Source: Coraliomargarita sp. (GTDB lineage: Bacteria; Verrucomicrobiota; Verrucomicrobiia; Opitutales; Coraliomargaritaceae). From it: a stretch of 64,000 nt of DNA. Positions within the stretch are counted from its first letter, which is position 1. The number at the start of each line of letters is the position of its first letter. This document shows positions 1 through 11,200 of the stretch, piece by piece. The stretch is taken from positions 2,464,001-2,528,000 of the forward strand of contig OZ244160.1 in NCBI GenBank assembly GCA_965216325.1. The letters are read 5' to 3'. The notes beneath the pieces were generated by a model. That model worked only from the letters and a program-made list of their open reading frames with translations. It was not told where the DNA came from and searched no databases. Position numbers and translations under genes: made by a program.

Positions 1-17
1 AGAGTAAGATTAAGAGT

Positions 18-341
18 ATGATTAAGAAGGATACTGATCCACTACTGATTGGATTCACGACCGTCGCGAGCGAGGAGGCTGCGCAGGAGCTCGCGCGTGC
101 GCTGGTTGAATCGGAACTCGCCGTCTGCGTGCAGATGGATTCCGGAGTGCAGTCGGTCTACCGCTGGGAGGGCAAGCTCTGCTCGGATTCCGAGTGGCGT
201 CTGTGGGTGAAATTCCTCGAATCCAAGTCGGCGGCGCTCGAAGCCTTCATCGACGCAAAGCATCCATATGATACGCCCGAGTGGCTGGTGGTGCGACCTG
301 GGCAGGTGGCACCCAAGTATCTCGCGTGGGCGCAAGGGTAG
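18..341 (+). CDS. cutA: Divalent-cation tolerance protein CutA
   Basis: 107 aa; LVESELAVCVQ, SVYRWEG and HPYDTPE motifs typical of CutA. Confidence 0.9.
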   Translation: MIKKDTDPLLIGFTTVASEEAAQELARALVESELAVCVQMDSGVQSVYRWEGKLCSDSEWRLWVKFLESKSAALEAFIDAKHPYDTPEWLVVRPGQVAPKYLAWAQG

Positions 342-425
342 CACAGGCGTCTCGCCTGTGTTATTCAGATTTAATCTACATAGGCATCTTGCCTGTTCCA
401 TGCGCAGGTGAGACGCCTACGTTAC
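338..425. repeat. REP cluster with (C/T)AGGCGTCTCGCCTG core; outer copies inverted
   Basis: GTAGCACAGGCGTCTCGCCTGTG at 338-360, degenerate CATAGGCATCTTGCCTGT near 380-397, and inverted copy at 403-425 (minus strand GTAACGTAGGCGTCTCACCTGCG). Confidence 0.7.
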
Positions 426-477
426 AATCAACACATTTTTGGCTTTATCTAAAAGCCGCGCTGTTCCTATTTAGGGC

Positions 478-1639
<1,162 letters not shown>

Positions 1640-1680
1640 TGTGCGGTCGGGACTGTCTTTTAGGTACCACGGGTCAAGTC

Positions 1681-1779
1681 GTAGGGCCTCTGCTTGCAGA
1701 GTGCCTTCAGCGTGTTCGGCGTCGTGCCCTTCTGTAAACTCAGGGCCTTGAGCTTGTCGACTCCGCGAGAGAACCCTAC
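1681..1779. repeat. REP/REPIN (GTAGGG..TGCTTGCA family)
   Basis: GTAGGGCCTCTGCTTGCAGAGTGCC at 1681; degenerate inverted end ...AACCCTACC near 1779. Confidence 0.65.
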
Positions 1780-1858
1780 CTTGAAAACTCAAAACATACA
1801 TAATGCGCATAAGTGATTGCCAAACGGGCGGGCGTGCCAAGGCTCGCCCCTAAGACTT

Positions 1859-3316
1859 ATGAGCGAAGCGACCGATAGTATCAGCGGATTGAGTTATGAA
1901 GATGCCCGACAGGCATTTTCCGATCAGAGCTTGTTTGAGAACAAAACGTGGCGCTATTCGCCACAGGCCTTCCCGCTCACGCCGAAGCAAGTCGCCGAGA
2001 TCGAGAAGATCGGTCAAGCCTGCTACGATTTCTATAAGGCGCAGGAGATTCTTTACATCCGTTCAGTTGAAGGAAAGAACCTGCTGCGTAACCGCGAGCT
2101 CAAGGCACCGTGGGTGGCTGAGTATTTGGACCGCGGCAAGCCCGAGCATCTGATCGAGCACGCGCGCTCGAAAGCGATCCGAGGCACCACGCCCATGGTC
2201 ATCCGTCCCGACTTGTTGATGACGGAAAATGGCTTTGCCCTGACCGAGATCGACTCGGTGCCGGGCGGCATCGGTCTGACGGCATTCTTGAACCAGCTTT
2301 ACACTGAGCAGCATGGCGATGCACTCATCGGAGCGGGGGAGCAGAACATGGTCGATGCGTTTTACGATGCCCTGTGTAGCCGGGCGCCGGCGATGACTGC
2401 CCCCTACATCGCGATCTTGGTCAGCGATGAGGCGGCAACCTATTTGCCTGAGATGGAGTGGATTGCTTCGCAGTTACGCCAGAAGGGCCGCCGCGTGCAT
2501 GTCTTTCATCCGGACGAGGTCATGCCGCTGGGGGAGACCATCTGCGTCGGCATCGATGGCGACCCGCAACAGGTCGATGTGATTTACCGCTTCTGGGAGC
2601 TGTTCGATTTGGCCAACGTGTCGATCGCACAGTATCTGCTCAAGGCACGCCGTGAAGCACAGCTTAGTCTGACGCCACCGATGCGTCACTTCCAGGAGGA
2701 GAAGCTCAACCTTGCACTGTTCCATCATCACATGCTGGAAGACTTCTGGAAAGAGACGCTTCCACGTGAATCCTACAAGGTGCTTAGCCGTGTGATCCCG
2801 CAGGCCTGGGTGATGGATCCGGTCGAGCTACCACCCAATGCGGTGCTCGACGCTCCCTACATTGGTGGCAAACCGATCACCCGCTGGGAACAGTTGATCG
2901 ATGCCAGCAAGAAAGAGCGCGATCTGATCATGAAGATCAGTGGCTATCATGAAACTGCATGGGGCGCACGCAGTGTGGTGCTCGGCAGTGACTGTTCCAA
3001 AACAGAGTGGGAGGGCGCGATCGATCAAGCGGTGGCGATGGCGGACGACTCGCTGCACATTTTGCAAACTTACGAGAAGCCGGAGCGCTTGCAGCACCCC
3101 GTCTATCGTGAAGACGGGACTGTCTATCAGATGACCGGCCGTATGCGCCTGTGCCCGTATTACTTCGTCAATGAAAAGGCACAGCAGGCTACGCTACACG
3201 GTGTGCTCGCAACCCTTTGCCCCGCGGATAAGAAGATCATCCACGGTATGAAAGACGCGGCACTGCTGCCCTGTGTCGTGGCAGAGCCAGAGGCCTCGTC
3301 GCCGCTCAATGGGTAG
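1859..3316 (+). CDS. Glutathionylspermidine-synthase-like / circularly permuted ATP-grasp ligase
   Basis: VIRPDLLM..GFALTEIDSVPGG, DVIYRFWE, EEKLNLA, IMKISG..WGARSV motifs. ATG1859 preferred over TTG1817. Confidence 0.65.
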   Translation: MSEATDSISGLSYEDARQAFSDQSLFENKTWRYSPQAFPLTPKQVAEIEKIGQACYDFYKAQEILYIRSVEGKNLLRNRELKAPWVAEYLDRGKPEHLIEHARSKAIRGTTPMVIRPDLLMTENGFALTEIDSVPGGIGLTAFLNQLYTEQHGDALIGAGEQNMVDAFYDALCSRAPAMTAPYIAILVSDEAATYLPEMEWIASQLRQKGRRVHVFHPDEVMPLGETICVGIDGDPQQVDVIYRFWELFDLANVSIAQYLLKARREAQLSLTPPMRHFQEEKLNLALFHHHMLEDFWKETLPRESYKVLSRVIPQAWVMDPVELPPNAVLDAPYIGGKPITRWEQLIDASKKERDLIMKISGYHETAWGARSVVLGSDCSKTEWEGAIDQAVAMADDSLHILQTYEKPERLQHPVYREDGTVYQMTGRMRLCPYYFVNEKAQQATLHGVLATLCPADKKIIHGMKDAALLPCVVAEPEASSPLNG

Positions 3317-3461
3317 GGACGCTTGCCCTCAAGCGTCCGCTGGGCTAGCAGTGTGCGCGTCCCGGACGAATAAATTGAAACAAGCGTTCGGATCGGCAGC
3401 TCAACAGCTCGTCACTGTATACACGCTTGGAAAGCGGCAGCCTCGGCGAGGCTGCTCGACC
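3311..3461. repeat. REPIN (GTAGGG-palindrome family)
   Basis: GGGTAGGGACGCTTGCCCTCAAGCGTCC overlapping the stop codon, and inverted CGGCAGCCTCGGCGAGGCTGCTCGACC at 3435-3461. Confidence 0.7.
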
Positions 3462-3538
3462 TCAATTTGCGTATGCAAGCAATGCCGAGCCAAGGAGCTT
3501 TTTTTCTTGCCCGACTGAGTTTGACTGAGGTCCAGCAT

Positions 3539-3564
3539 GTAGGGCTTCTGCTTGCAGAAGCCCT
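3539..3564. repeat. REP (GTAGGG..TGCTTGCA family)
   Basis: GT-AGGGCTTCTGC-TT-GCAGAAGCCCT, perfect 11-bp stem. Confidence 0.75.
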
Positions 3565-4047
3565 AATCGTAGTCCGACGAATAGGTTTCGCGGTAGGTGT
3601 GTGAGTAGAGCTCAAACAGATTGCCGAAGGGATCCTCAAGGTAGACCATCTTGTAGGGCTTGTTGTCGTCTTCCGGGTGATAGCGCATGATGTCCATGCG
3701 GGCCTTGCCGCCATAGTGTTCGACTTTCGCAATCAAGCCCTCGAAGTCGTCCGTCTGTAGGCAGAAGTGGAAGATGCCAATTCGCGAGAAGTCGACCACG
3801 TGCCGCTCCTCACGATCGACCATTTCAAACAACTCAAAGCCCACGCCATCTTCGGTCACGAGGTGGCAATATTAAAGCCTTTGAAGCCCTCGCCAAATAC
3901 CGCGATGCACATCCTGCCAATCGCGGTTTCGTTTTCTTCGGTGACCGGCGTCTTGCCCATCACCACTTCCAGGCCCAGTGCCTTGGTGTGGAATTCGACT
4001 GCGACGTCCATGTCGCTAACCATTATCCCGACGTGACTCATTTTCAT
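3563..4047 (-). pseudogene. VOC/glyoxalase-family protein interrupted by a 1-nt frameshift near 3865 (pseudogene or assembly error)
   Basis: MKMSHVGIMVSD... (SD AAGGAGG upstream) reads GFNIATS*. One extra C gives GFNIAHLVTEDGVGFELF, joining ORF 3563..3859 (GIFHFCLQ, YLEDPFGNLFEL). Confidence 0.8.
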
Positions 4048-4190
4048 GATGACCTCCTTTGTGTGCGTGAATGTGTGTATCAGAACGATACAGAGGAGGG
4101 CGCCCGCCGTGTATGTCAAATGGGCTAAGCAGTTTGGCAACGTGTAGTGTGGGACCTAATCTGCGCAGCACCCTAGTTGCTCACTTCGTC

Positions 4191-4520
4191 TCATTGGACG
4201 TTTTGTTTTTTGCAGAACGTTAGATATGCATAAAAAACAAGTATGCCGATAAACTCGAAAAGGAAGCCGAACCAAAACCAAATTCTCTGATTAATTTGCA
4301 GAGCTTCAGTTTCGTTCTTCAACCATAGCCCACAGACGAGTCTCAGGGGTAGGGTGCTTAAAATGTATATCCAGGATGATACTGAAATTAAAAAGCTACT
4401 ATTTACGTCTCTATTAACGATTAAGTTCTGAAGTAAAATTGGGTATACCATCGGGATTACGACAGCGAGTAATTTACATATGCATGCCCAAAGTAAGAAC
4501 TTTTCTATATTTTGCTTCAT
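4191..4520 (-). CDS. Hypothetical small membrane protein, AT-rich
   Basis: 109 aa with about three hydrophobic segments; DNA visibly more AT-rich than flanks. Confidence 0.6.
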   Translation of the reverse strand: MKQNIEKFLLWACICKLLAVVIPMVYPILLQNLIVNRDVNSSFLISVSSWIYILSTLPLRLVCGLWLKNETEALQINQRIWFWFGFLFEFIGILVFYAYLTFCKKQNVQ

Positions 4521-4607
4521 CTATCTTGCAGTCCACGGAGAAGAGGATGGTCAGTCCTCTTGATTTATAGCCATCTTATTGGCTAATAGGTTTATTTGCT
4601 CTGTGAG

Positions 4608-5942
4608 CTACTCCTTGTCCGGGGCGACTAGGTCAGTGGCTTGGAGCTTACGGTTCCAGAGCTCGCTGCCTTCCATGCTCATGGCGCGGATGGTGAGTCG
4701 GCGGTCTTCCTCGGGGCCGCTCACTTCGATCAGTGCGAAGTGGCGTTCGTCGACGGTGCTATTGGGCACGCGGAAGAAGTTGAGCTCGTCGCTGTTGTTT
4801 TGCGGGGTGGCTGTGGTGGGGCCGACGGTGAGGTCGTAAAGGTTGTAGCTGCTGGCGTGCACCAGCTTGGTGAGCTCGCCGTAGTATTTGCCGCCGCTGA
4901 TACAGAAGAGACCGTCGATTTTTTCGCTACGCAGCATCTCGAGCAGGCGGGTGTGCTCACGGTCGGCGGAGCTCAGGTTGATCGGATTGTCGGCGGGGTT
5001 GAGGATCGGTGCGCCGGCAACGATGATTTTGAAGGTGGCGGTGCTGCGAATCAGTTCTTGGCGTAGCCAGGCAATCTGTTCGTCGCCGAGGATGGTGGGC
5101 AGCGATTGACTGTCGGGGCGGTCGTCGCGGTAGCTGCGCACATCGAGCATGAAGAATTCGACATCGGAATAGCGGAAGCGGGTGGCGATGCCATCGAGTG
5201 CGGAGACTTTAGCTGGGCTGGGCCAGAAGGCTTTGAAGGCTGCTTCGGTGGGCTCGCGGAAGGTGTAGTGTGCCCCGGCGTCGCGGGTGCTGTAGTCGGC
5301 ATTGCCCCAGGTTCCGTAGTTTGGCACGGTGGCGAGGAGTTCTTTGAGCTCAGGGATCGCACGGGCGTGGGAGTAGCGCTTGAGCACACCGCTGCGGGAT
5401 GCCCAGTCACTGTCGCGCAGGTGCGTGGTGTTGCCAGCCCAGATCATGAGTTGTGGCTTGGTCTGGGCGATCGTTTGAAAGATGCCGTAGCCACCACCGA
5501 GTAGTTTGTAGGGCGGTTCGTAGCCGTCTTCGATTACGTAGTGTGCGCCTCCCACGGCGAATTTGAAATCGGGTGGTGGGGTGCGGTCGAAATAGTTGCT
5601 CGGCGTGGTGAAGCTGTATTGCTCGCCAACTGCTTGGCCGTTTTCCAGCACCTGATAGTCATAGGTGGTGCCGGGCTCGACCTGATCGAGCACCACCTGA
5701 GCGGTGTAAGCGGTGTCGGCCTCGGCGCGAACGCTTTTCGCGGTGTAGCGCTTGCCTTCGCCCTGCGGGCTGTAGGTGACGCTCAGCTCGGCGGCTTGAT
5801 CGGCTTGGGCCCAGACGATCGCTTCGCGCATGTCCACGTGGCCCAGCATCGGGCCTGCGACGAGATCTGCCTGTGCCAGTGGGGCTGTGGCAAGGAACGT
5901 TGCTATAAGTGTGGGGGCAAGGAGTAAGCGTTGCTTAGGCAT
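4608..5942 (-). CDS. PhoD-like metallophosphoesterase-fold secreted protein, metal ligands degenerate
   Basis: Signal peptide, GPMLGHV, EPGTTYDY (FN3-like) and FFMLDVRSYRD..ILGDEQIAWL typical of PhoD; catalytic motifs altered. Confidence 0.8.
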   Translation of the reverse strand: MPKQRLLLAPTLIATFLATAPLAQADLVAGPMLGHVDMREAIVWAQADQAAELSVTYSPQGEGKRYTAKSVRAEADTAYTAQVVLDQVEPGTTYDYQVLENGQAVGEQYSFTTPSNYFDRTPPPDFKFAVGGAHYVIEDGYEPPYKLLGGGYGIFQTIAQTKPQLMIWAGNTTHLRDSDWASRSGVLKRYSHARAIPELKELLATVPNYGTWGNADYSTRDAGAHYTFREPTEAAFKAFWPSPAKVSALDGIATRFRYSDVEFFMLDVRSYRDDRPDSQSLPTILGDEQIAWLRQELIRSTATFKIIVAGAPILNPADNPINLSSADREHTRLLEMLRSEKIDGLFCISGGKYYGELTKLVHASSYNLYDLTVGPTTATPQNNSDELNFFRVPNSTVDERHFALIEVSGPEEDRRLTIRAMSMEGSELWNRKLQATDLVAPDKE

Positions 5943-6074
5943 ACAGATTGGAGTTCAGCAAATAATGGATTCCATACCAGTCCCGACGTTGCGCAGGTCA
6001 AGCGATAAGGAGACTACATGTATAAACATTAACTGCGTTTGACCTAGGGAACTTTAGTCTCAAACTCGCGTGCC

Positions 6075-7088
6075 ATGGACTTCTCTCGACGTAACTTCCT
6101 TAAGATGGCTGTCGGATCGACAGCGCTCGCTGCCGCTTCCTCCAAAGTCATCGCCGAAGCTGCGGATGCCGTGGAGATTCCGAAACGTAAGTTCGGTCGT
6201 CATGACGACATGCTCTCGGTCGTCGGTTTTGGTGGGCACACGCTGTATTTTGCCGGTTCACAAAAAGAGGCGAACCAGATTATGCACCGTGCGATTGAGC
6301 GCGGGGTGAACTTCTTTGACAATGCCTGGGCTTACCATGGTGGGAAGGCTGAGGAGTATATGGGCAATGCGCTCGTTGGGCACCGAGAAAAGGTCTTTTT
6401 GATGTCCAAGTTCGCGAATTTTCGGGATGACAAATACTCGGAGGACAAAGCTGGTGCGATGAAATCGCTTGAGGACTCACTGCGCCGCTTGAAGACCGAC
6501 TATCTGGACCTCTGGATGATGCACAACGTGGTCGATAACGATGCGGACGATGCCTACAAGTCGGACGGTGCGATTGCGGCGATCGAGCTGGCGAAACAGC
6601 AAGGCAAAATTCGCTATGGCGGCTTTACGGGGCACACCACACCGTCGCTTCATGTCGATATGATTGAGCGCGGTTACGAATGGGATGCGACGCTGATGCC
6701 GGTTTCGGTCGTGGGCGCGTTGGAGTCTCGTGGTTTTGAGAAGCAAGTCATGCCACTGTGTGAAAAGCACAACATCGCCGTGCTGGGGATGAAGGGCTTT
6801 GGCGGTAGCCGCCGCACGCAGCTACACGGACAGACGAATGTCGAAGAAGTGCTGCGCTATTCGCTCAGCTACAAGCAAGTCTGCTCGCACCTCGTCGGTA
6901 TCGACAAGCTCGAGTTTGCCGATCTGGCGATTGCCGGCTCAGCTGCCACGCCGATGACGGCGGAGGAGCGCAGTGCCTTTGTGGTGAATGATTCACCGCT
7001 CTCTCCGCACTATGCGGATTATCAGCACGGTGGTCACTTCTACAACGCCGGTATCTGCGGTGGTAAAAGCCACGAGCACACGGCTTAG
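6075..7088 (+). CDS. Aldo/keto reductase with twin-arginine signal peptide
   Basis: SRRNFLK Tat motif; GVNFFDNAWAY, SLRRLKTDYLDL, GKIRYGGFTGH. Confidence 0.88.
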   Translation: MDFSRRNFLKMAVGSTALAAASSKVIAEAADAVEIPKRKFGRHDDMLSVVGFGGHTLYFAGSQKEANQIMHRAIERGVNFFDNAWAYHGGKAEEYMGNALVGHREKVFLMSKFANFRDDKYSEDKAGAMKSLEDSLRRLKTDYLDLWMMHNVVDNDADDAYKSDGAIAAIELAKQQGKIRYGGFTGHTTPSLHVDMIERGYEWDATLMPVSVVGALESRGFEKQVMPLCEKHNIAVLGMKGFGGSRRTQLHGQTNVEEVLRYSLSYKQVCSHLVGIDKLEFADLAIAGSAATPMTAEERSAFVVNDSPLSPHYADYQHGGHFYNAGICGGKSHEHTA

Positions 7089-7106
7089 GCTGATCCCGCG
7101 GTCTTT

Positions 7107-7165
7107 CGAAAGTGCTTCGCACTTCCGCTACGAACATTTGTGTAGAGCAAGTGCGAAGCACTTTC
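7107..7165. repeat. REP pair (GTAGCGGAA..TTTCG family)
   Basis: CGAAAGTGCTTCGCACTTCCGCTAC and GTAGAGCAAGTGCGAAGCACTTTC in opposite orientation; same family at 51944-52003 and 56331-56446. Confidence 0.75.
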
Positions 7166-7234
7166 TTTTGATGGCGCCGTTGCGTATCGCGTATTGAAGA
7201 AGATTTGGCCCAGTTGGTTCGGACTATCGATTGA

Positions 7235-7304
7235 GCAGGACAGGAATGTCCTGCCCCCTATATCAAGTGCTTCGTTTAAAGGAGGACGGACATTCCTGTC
7301 CGTC
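7235..7304. repeat. Inverted palindrome pair (ACAGGAATGTCC core)
   Basis: GCAGGACAGGAATGTCCTGC and GGACGGACATTCCTGTCCGTC are near reverse complements. Confidence 0.6.
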
Positions 7305-7333
7305 TTTAAGCTTATACCGTATTTAAAGTGGTA

Positions 7334-8197
7334 TTAATGCAACGCGATCTCGTCGAGCACTTGTTGGCGAGACTTTTGTAGTGCCGGATTGTCGACGGTT
7401 TCAGCGAGTGTTTTGGCTTCTTCGTAGCGGCCGAGTTCGGCCATCACGCGTGCGCGGTGGAGGTCGATGATCTGTGTGCGAATGCCAAGCTGTGAAGCGT
7501 CGCGCACTTTATTCCAATGCAGGAGCGCGGCCTTCCAGTCGGGGCTGGCTTGGTCGTAGTAGGCCTCGCCGACTCGCATCTGATAGTCGAGGTTTTCCGG
7601 ATCGAGTTGGGCGGCTTGCTTGAATGCCTTCAGGATCTCGCGGTCGATGGCATCGCGGGTGTAGAGCCCTTTCTCGATGTAGTCTTTGCCAAAGTTATAC
7701 AGTAGCTCAGCGAGGCCGTATTGGTAAATGGCGACTTCGGGATCGAGTTCAACTGCTTGCAAATAATAGAGCAGGGCGGCTTCACCCTCGCCAGCTTCGG
7801 CGAGATGGTTGCCGATCTGCTGTTTGACCACAGGGACTTTGGGGTTGAGCTCGTCCGCCTGGAGAAAGTGGGTGAAGGCCTCGTTGGGCTGATTCATCCG
7901 GCGCAGCAGTTTGCCATACAGTATGTGGGCTTCGGCGTCGTTCGGGTTGTCGCTGAGATAGTTGTGGTAGGACTGCGCGAGTGTGGTAATGCGGCGCTCC
8001 AGGTCGTCGTCACTGTAATACAGCGGGTCCTCGGCGATCTTTTGATAAATCTTCTCTTCGCTCTCGGCGATCTTGAGCAGGCGCTCAGAAGTGAAGTTGG
8101 CATGCTCGGCTTCGCTCTGTGCGGAGAGCGGAGCCGCCAAGCCAAGACCCGCGACTGCGAGTGGAAGCATGCAAAGACCTGTGAAAACTGACTTCAA
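7334..8197 (-). CDS. Secreted TPR-repeat protein
   Basis: Signal peptide; repeated TPR-like helices (A..L.P..A...Y); last gene of the RND operon. Confidence 0.8.
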   Translation of the reverse strand: MKSVFTGLCMLPLAVAGLGLAAPLSAQSEAEHANFTSERLLKIAESEEKIYQKIAEDPLYYSDDDLERRITTLAQSYHNYLSDNPNDAEAHILYGKLLRRMNQPNEAFTHFLQADELNPKVPVVKQQIGNHLAEAGEGEAALLYYLQAVELDPEVAIYQYGLAELLYNFGKDYIEKGLYTRDAIDREILKAFKQAAQLDPENLDYQMRVGEAYYDQASPDWKAALLHWNKVRDASQLGIRTQIIDLHRARVMAELGRYEEAKTLAETVDNPALQKSRQQVLDEIALH

Positions 8198-8209
8198 AAT
8201 TCTAGGGAG

Positions 8210-11200
8210 CTAGGAGAGTGATTTCCAACAGCGTAGGAGCAATTGGTGGATATCTTCAAGGATGGAGTAGAAGCTCGGCACCAGAATCAAGGTCATTAAT
8301 GTTGCAAACAAGACACCGAAACTGAGCGAGATCGCCATCGGTATCAGAAACTGTGCTTGCAAACTTGTTTCAAACAAAAGCGGTAAAAGTCCGCAGAAGG
8401 TGGTGATTGAGGTCAGCACAATTGGGCGGAAGCGCATCGCACCGGAGTCTTCGATCGCTTTGCGCAGCGGTACGCCTTTGCGGCGCTCCTGATTAATGAA
8501 ATCGACCAGCACGAGGCTGTCGTTGACCACGACACCCGCCAAAGCGACGAAACCTAGAATCGACAGAATACTCATTGGGCGATCCATCAGCATGTGTCCG
8601 CCGATGGCACCAATCAGGCCGAAGGGAATCACGCTCATGACGATGAAGGGCTGCAGGTAAGACTTTAGCGGAATCGCGAGCAGGGCGAAAATGATGAAGA
8701 AGGCCACCATCGTCATCTTGCCCAGGCTGGCAAACACGTCGGCTTGTTCACGGGCTTCACCTTCGAAGCTCCAGCTTAATTCCGGGTAGTCCGCGAGCAC
8801 GGTGCTGATGATGCCGGGCGTGTCGGGCTCGCCGCGTTGCTTTTGATCCGCGAGTTCTTCTTTGACCAAGTCGATGCCGACCACGGCTTTGTTGGCATCG
8901 GCGGTGATGTTGATCACCCGACGGCGATCGACGCGAGTGATGGTCGAGAAGCCATCGGTGATTTCAAAGTCGGCGACTTCGTAGAAGGGCACTTCGCTGC
9001 CATCGGCGGTGCGTATACGGAGTTCTTCAAGGTTCTCGACCGAGCGGCGTTCATCTTTGGGATAGCGCACCATGACTTTGATGTCATCGCGGCCACGTTG
9101 GATGCGTTGCGCTTCGGCGCCATAGAAGGCCGCTCGCACTTGGCTACCGAGATCGCTCATGCGTAGACCTAGGGCTTGGGCAGAGGGTTTGATCTGTAGC
9201 TGGATCTCACGCTTGCCGCTACTGTAATTGTCGCGGATGTCGTAAAGTCCATCGTAGTTGGCCAGCACTACCTTGAGTTGCTCGCTTGCAGCACGCAGTT
9301 GTTCGAAATCGGTGCCGGAGAGCTGGATGTCGATCGGCATCCCAGCTTGGCCGGCTGCGTTTGCTTTGAAGCTGATCTGTTTTGCGCCGGGTATCGGGGC
9401 CATGAGTTCACGCCAGCGTTCGGCGAGGTTGGGGGCGGAAAGCTCTTCGATAGTTCCGCCGCCCATGAGGTCTTCGCGCTTGCGTAGTTCAACGGCGATC
9501 TCAGCGATGTGTTCGCTGAAGACTTCAGGTGTGCCACCCATCGGGCCGCCGCCTTCAAAGGGCTGGGAGCCGAGGGTGATGACAATGTTTTCAAAGGGAT
9601 TGTCGTAGCCCTTGCTTTCGACTTCGGCGATCAGCGCATCGAGCCCGGCTTCGAGGGTGTGTAGTCCTTGTTCGGTGATTTCAATCGGCGTGCCTTCTGG
9701 CATGACCAGCTGGGTTACGATGTAGTCGGAGGGCACCTTCGGCATGAAAATAAAGGGCACGCGCTTGCTAAAGATGAGCGCGAACATGAAGAACAGCAGG
9801 CCGGTAAACAGCACGACAGTTGCGTAGCGGTAGCGCAGTGTCCAAGTTAGAACCGGGCGATAGCGGTGGGCGACGAAATGCTCGAGCCCATCGGCGATTT
9901 TGCGTTGTTGGCGGCGTAGCCAACCGAGCTGCTTGCGATCATGGCTGCCAACCTTGCAGAGTGTCAGGTGGTAGGGCAGCACCAGCTTGGACTCGATCAG
10001 CGACCAGGTTAGGGTCGCGATGACGACGACCGGAATCGGATAGAAGAATTTTCCGATAAAGCCGGGCAAAGTGAGGATCGGCAGGAAGGCCACGATGGTG
10101 GTTAGAACCGCGAAAGTAACTGGGATCGAGACCTTATGCGTGCCCGCAACGGAGGCTTCGATGCCGGGGCCGCCGTGTTTTTGGAACTGAGTGAAGACAC
10201 TCTCGCCAACGATGATCGCATCGTCGACCACGATGCCGAGCACTAGAATGAAGCCAAATAGCGAGGCGAGGTTGATACTGATTCCCAAGGGCGGGAGCAG
10301 CAGCACTGCACCGAGGAATGAGATCGGAATGCCGATCATCACGAAGAAGGCCAGCGAGGGACGCAGGAAGAGCGTCAACACCAGAAAGACTAGAATCAGG
10401 CCGATGATGCCATTTTCGATCAGCATTTGCAGGCGCCCCTTCAGATAGAAGGTGAAGTCCCGAAACGCTTCGACTTCGATGCCTGCAGGTAGGCGCGCTT
10501 CAAATGCGTCCGCAAAGGCGCGCACGCTTTTGGCGACATCGAGTGTGTTTTGGTCGCCGACCGCAAAGACGCGTAGCATGACCGCGCGCTTATCGTTGAA
10601 TGTGGAAATCAGTGGCGTGTCGACAAAGCCGTCGTCGATCTCTGCGACGTCACTGACGAGGACGATCCCGCCATCGGCGCGTGTGAGGATCGGTATGTTG
10701 GCAAACTCAGTGCCGCGGTAGGCTTTGCCGGTGGTGCGCAGTAGAATCTCGCCACCGCGTGATTTGATGGAGCCGCCCGGAATGTCGATGGAACTGCGAC
10801 GCACTGCTTGCACCACGTCGTTGAATGTGAGCCCGTAGCGGCGTAGTGAATTTTCGGATACGTTAATCGAGATCTCATAATTGGCGATGCCCTTGAGGTC
10901 GATCTGAGTGACGTTGTGTTGGGCGTTGAGCTCGTCGCGTGCGGCTTCGGCAATCTCTTTGAGCACGCGCACATCGCTATCTCCATAGATCGCGAGCGAA
11001 ATGACTTCATTGCGAATCAGCAGCTCTTCGACGACGGGCTCTTCAGCTTCTTCGGGGAAGTTGGTGATGGCATCGATGCGTACTTTGACTTTGTCGCGCA
11101 GTTCCGAGACGTTGTAAGTGCGTCCGACTTCGATTAGCAGCGAACCATGCCCTTCGGCGGCGGAGGCGGTTATTTGCTTAATGCCATCCAGGTCTTGGAT

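Noticed and set aside
4141..4190. Possible integron attC beside the AT-rich ORF
   Set aside because: No RYYYAAC/GTTRRRY boxes with proper complementarity found by eye.
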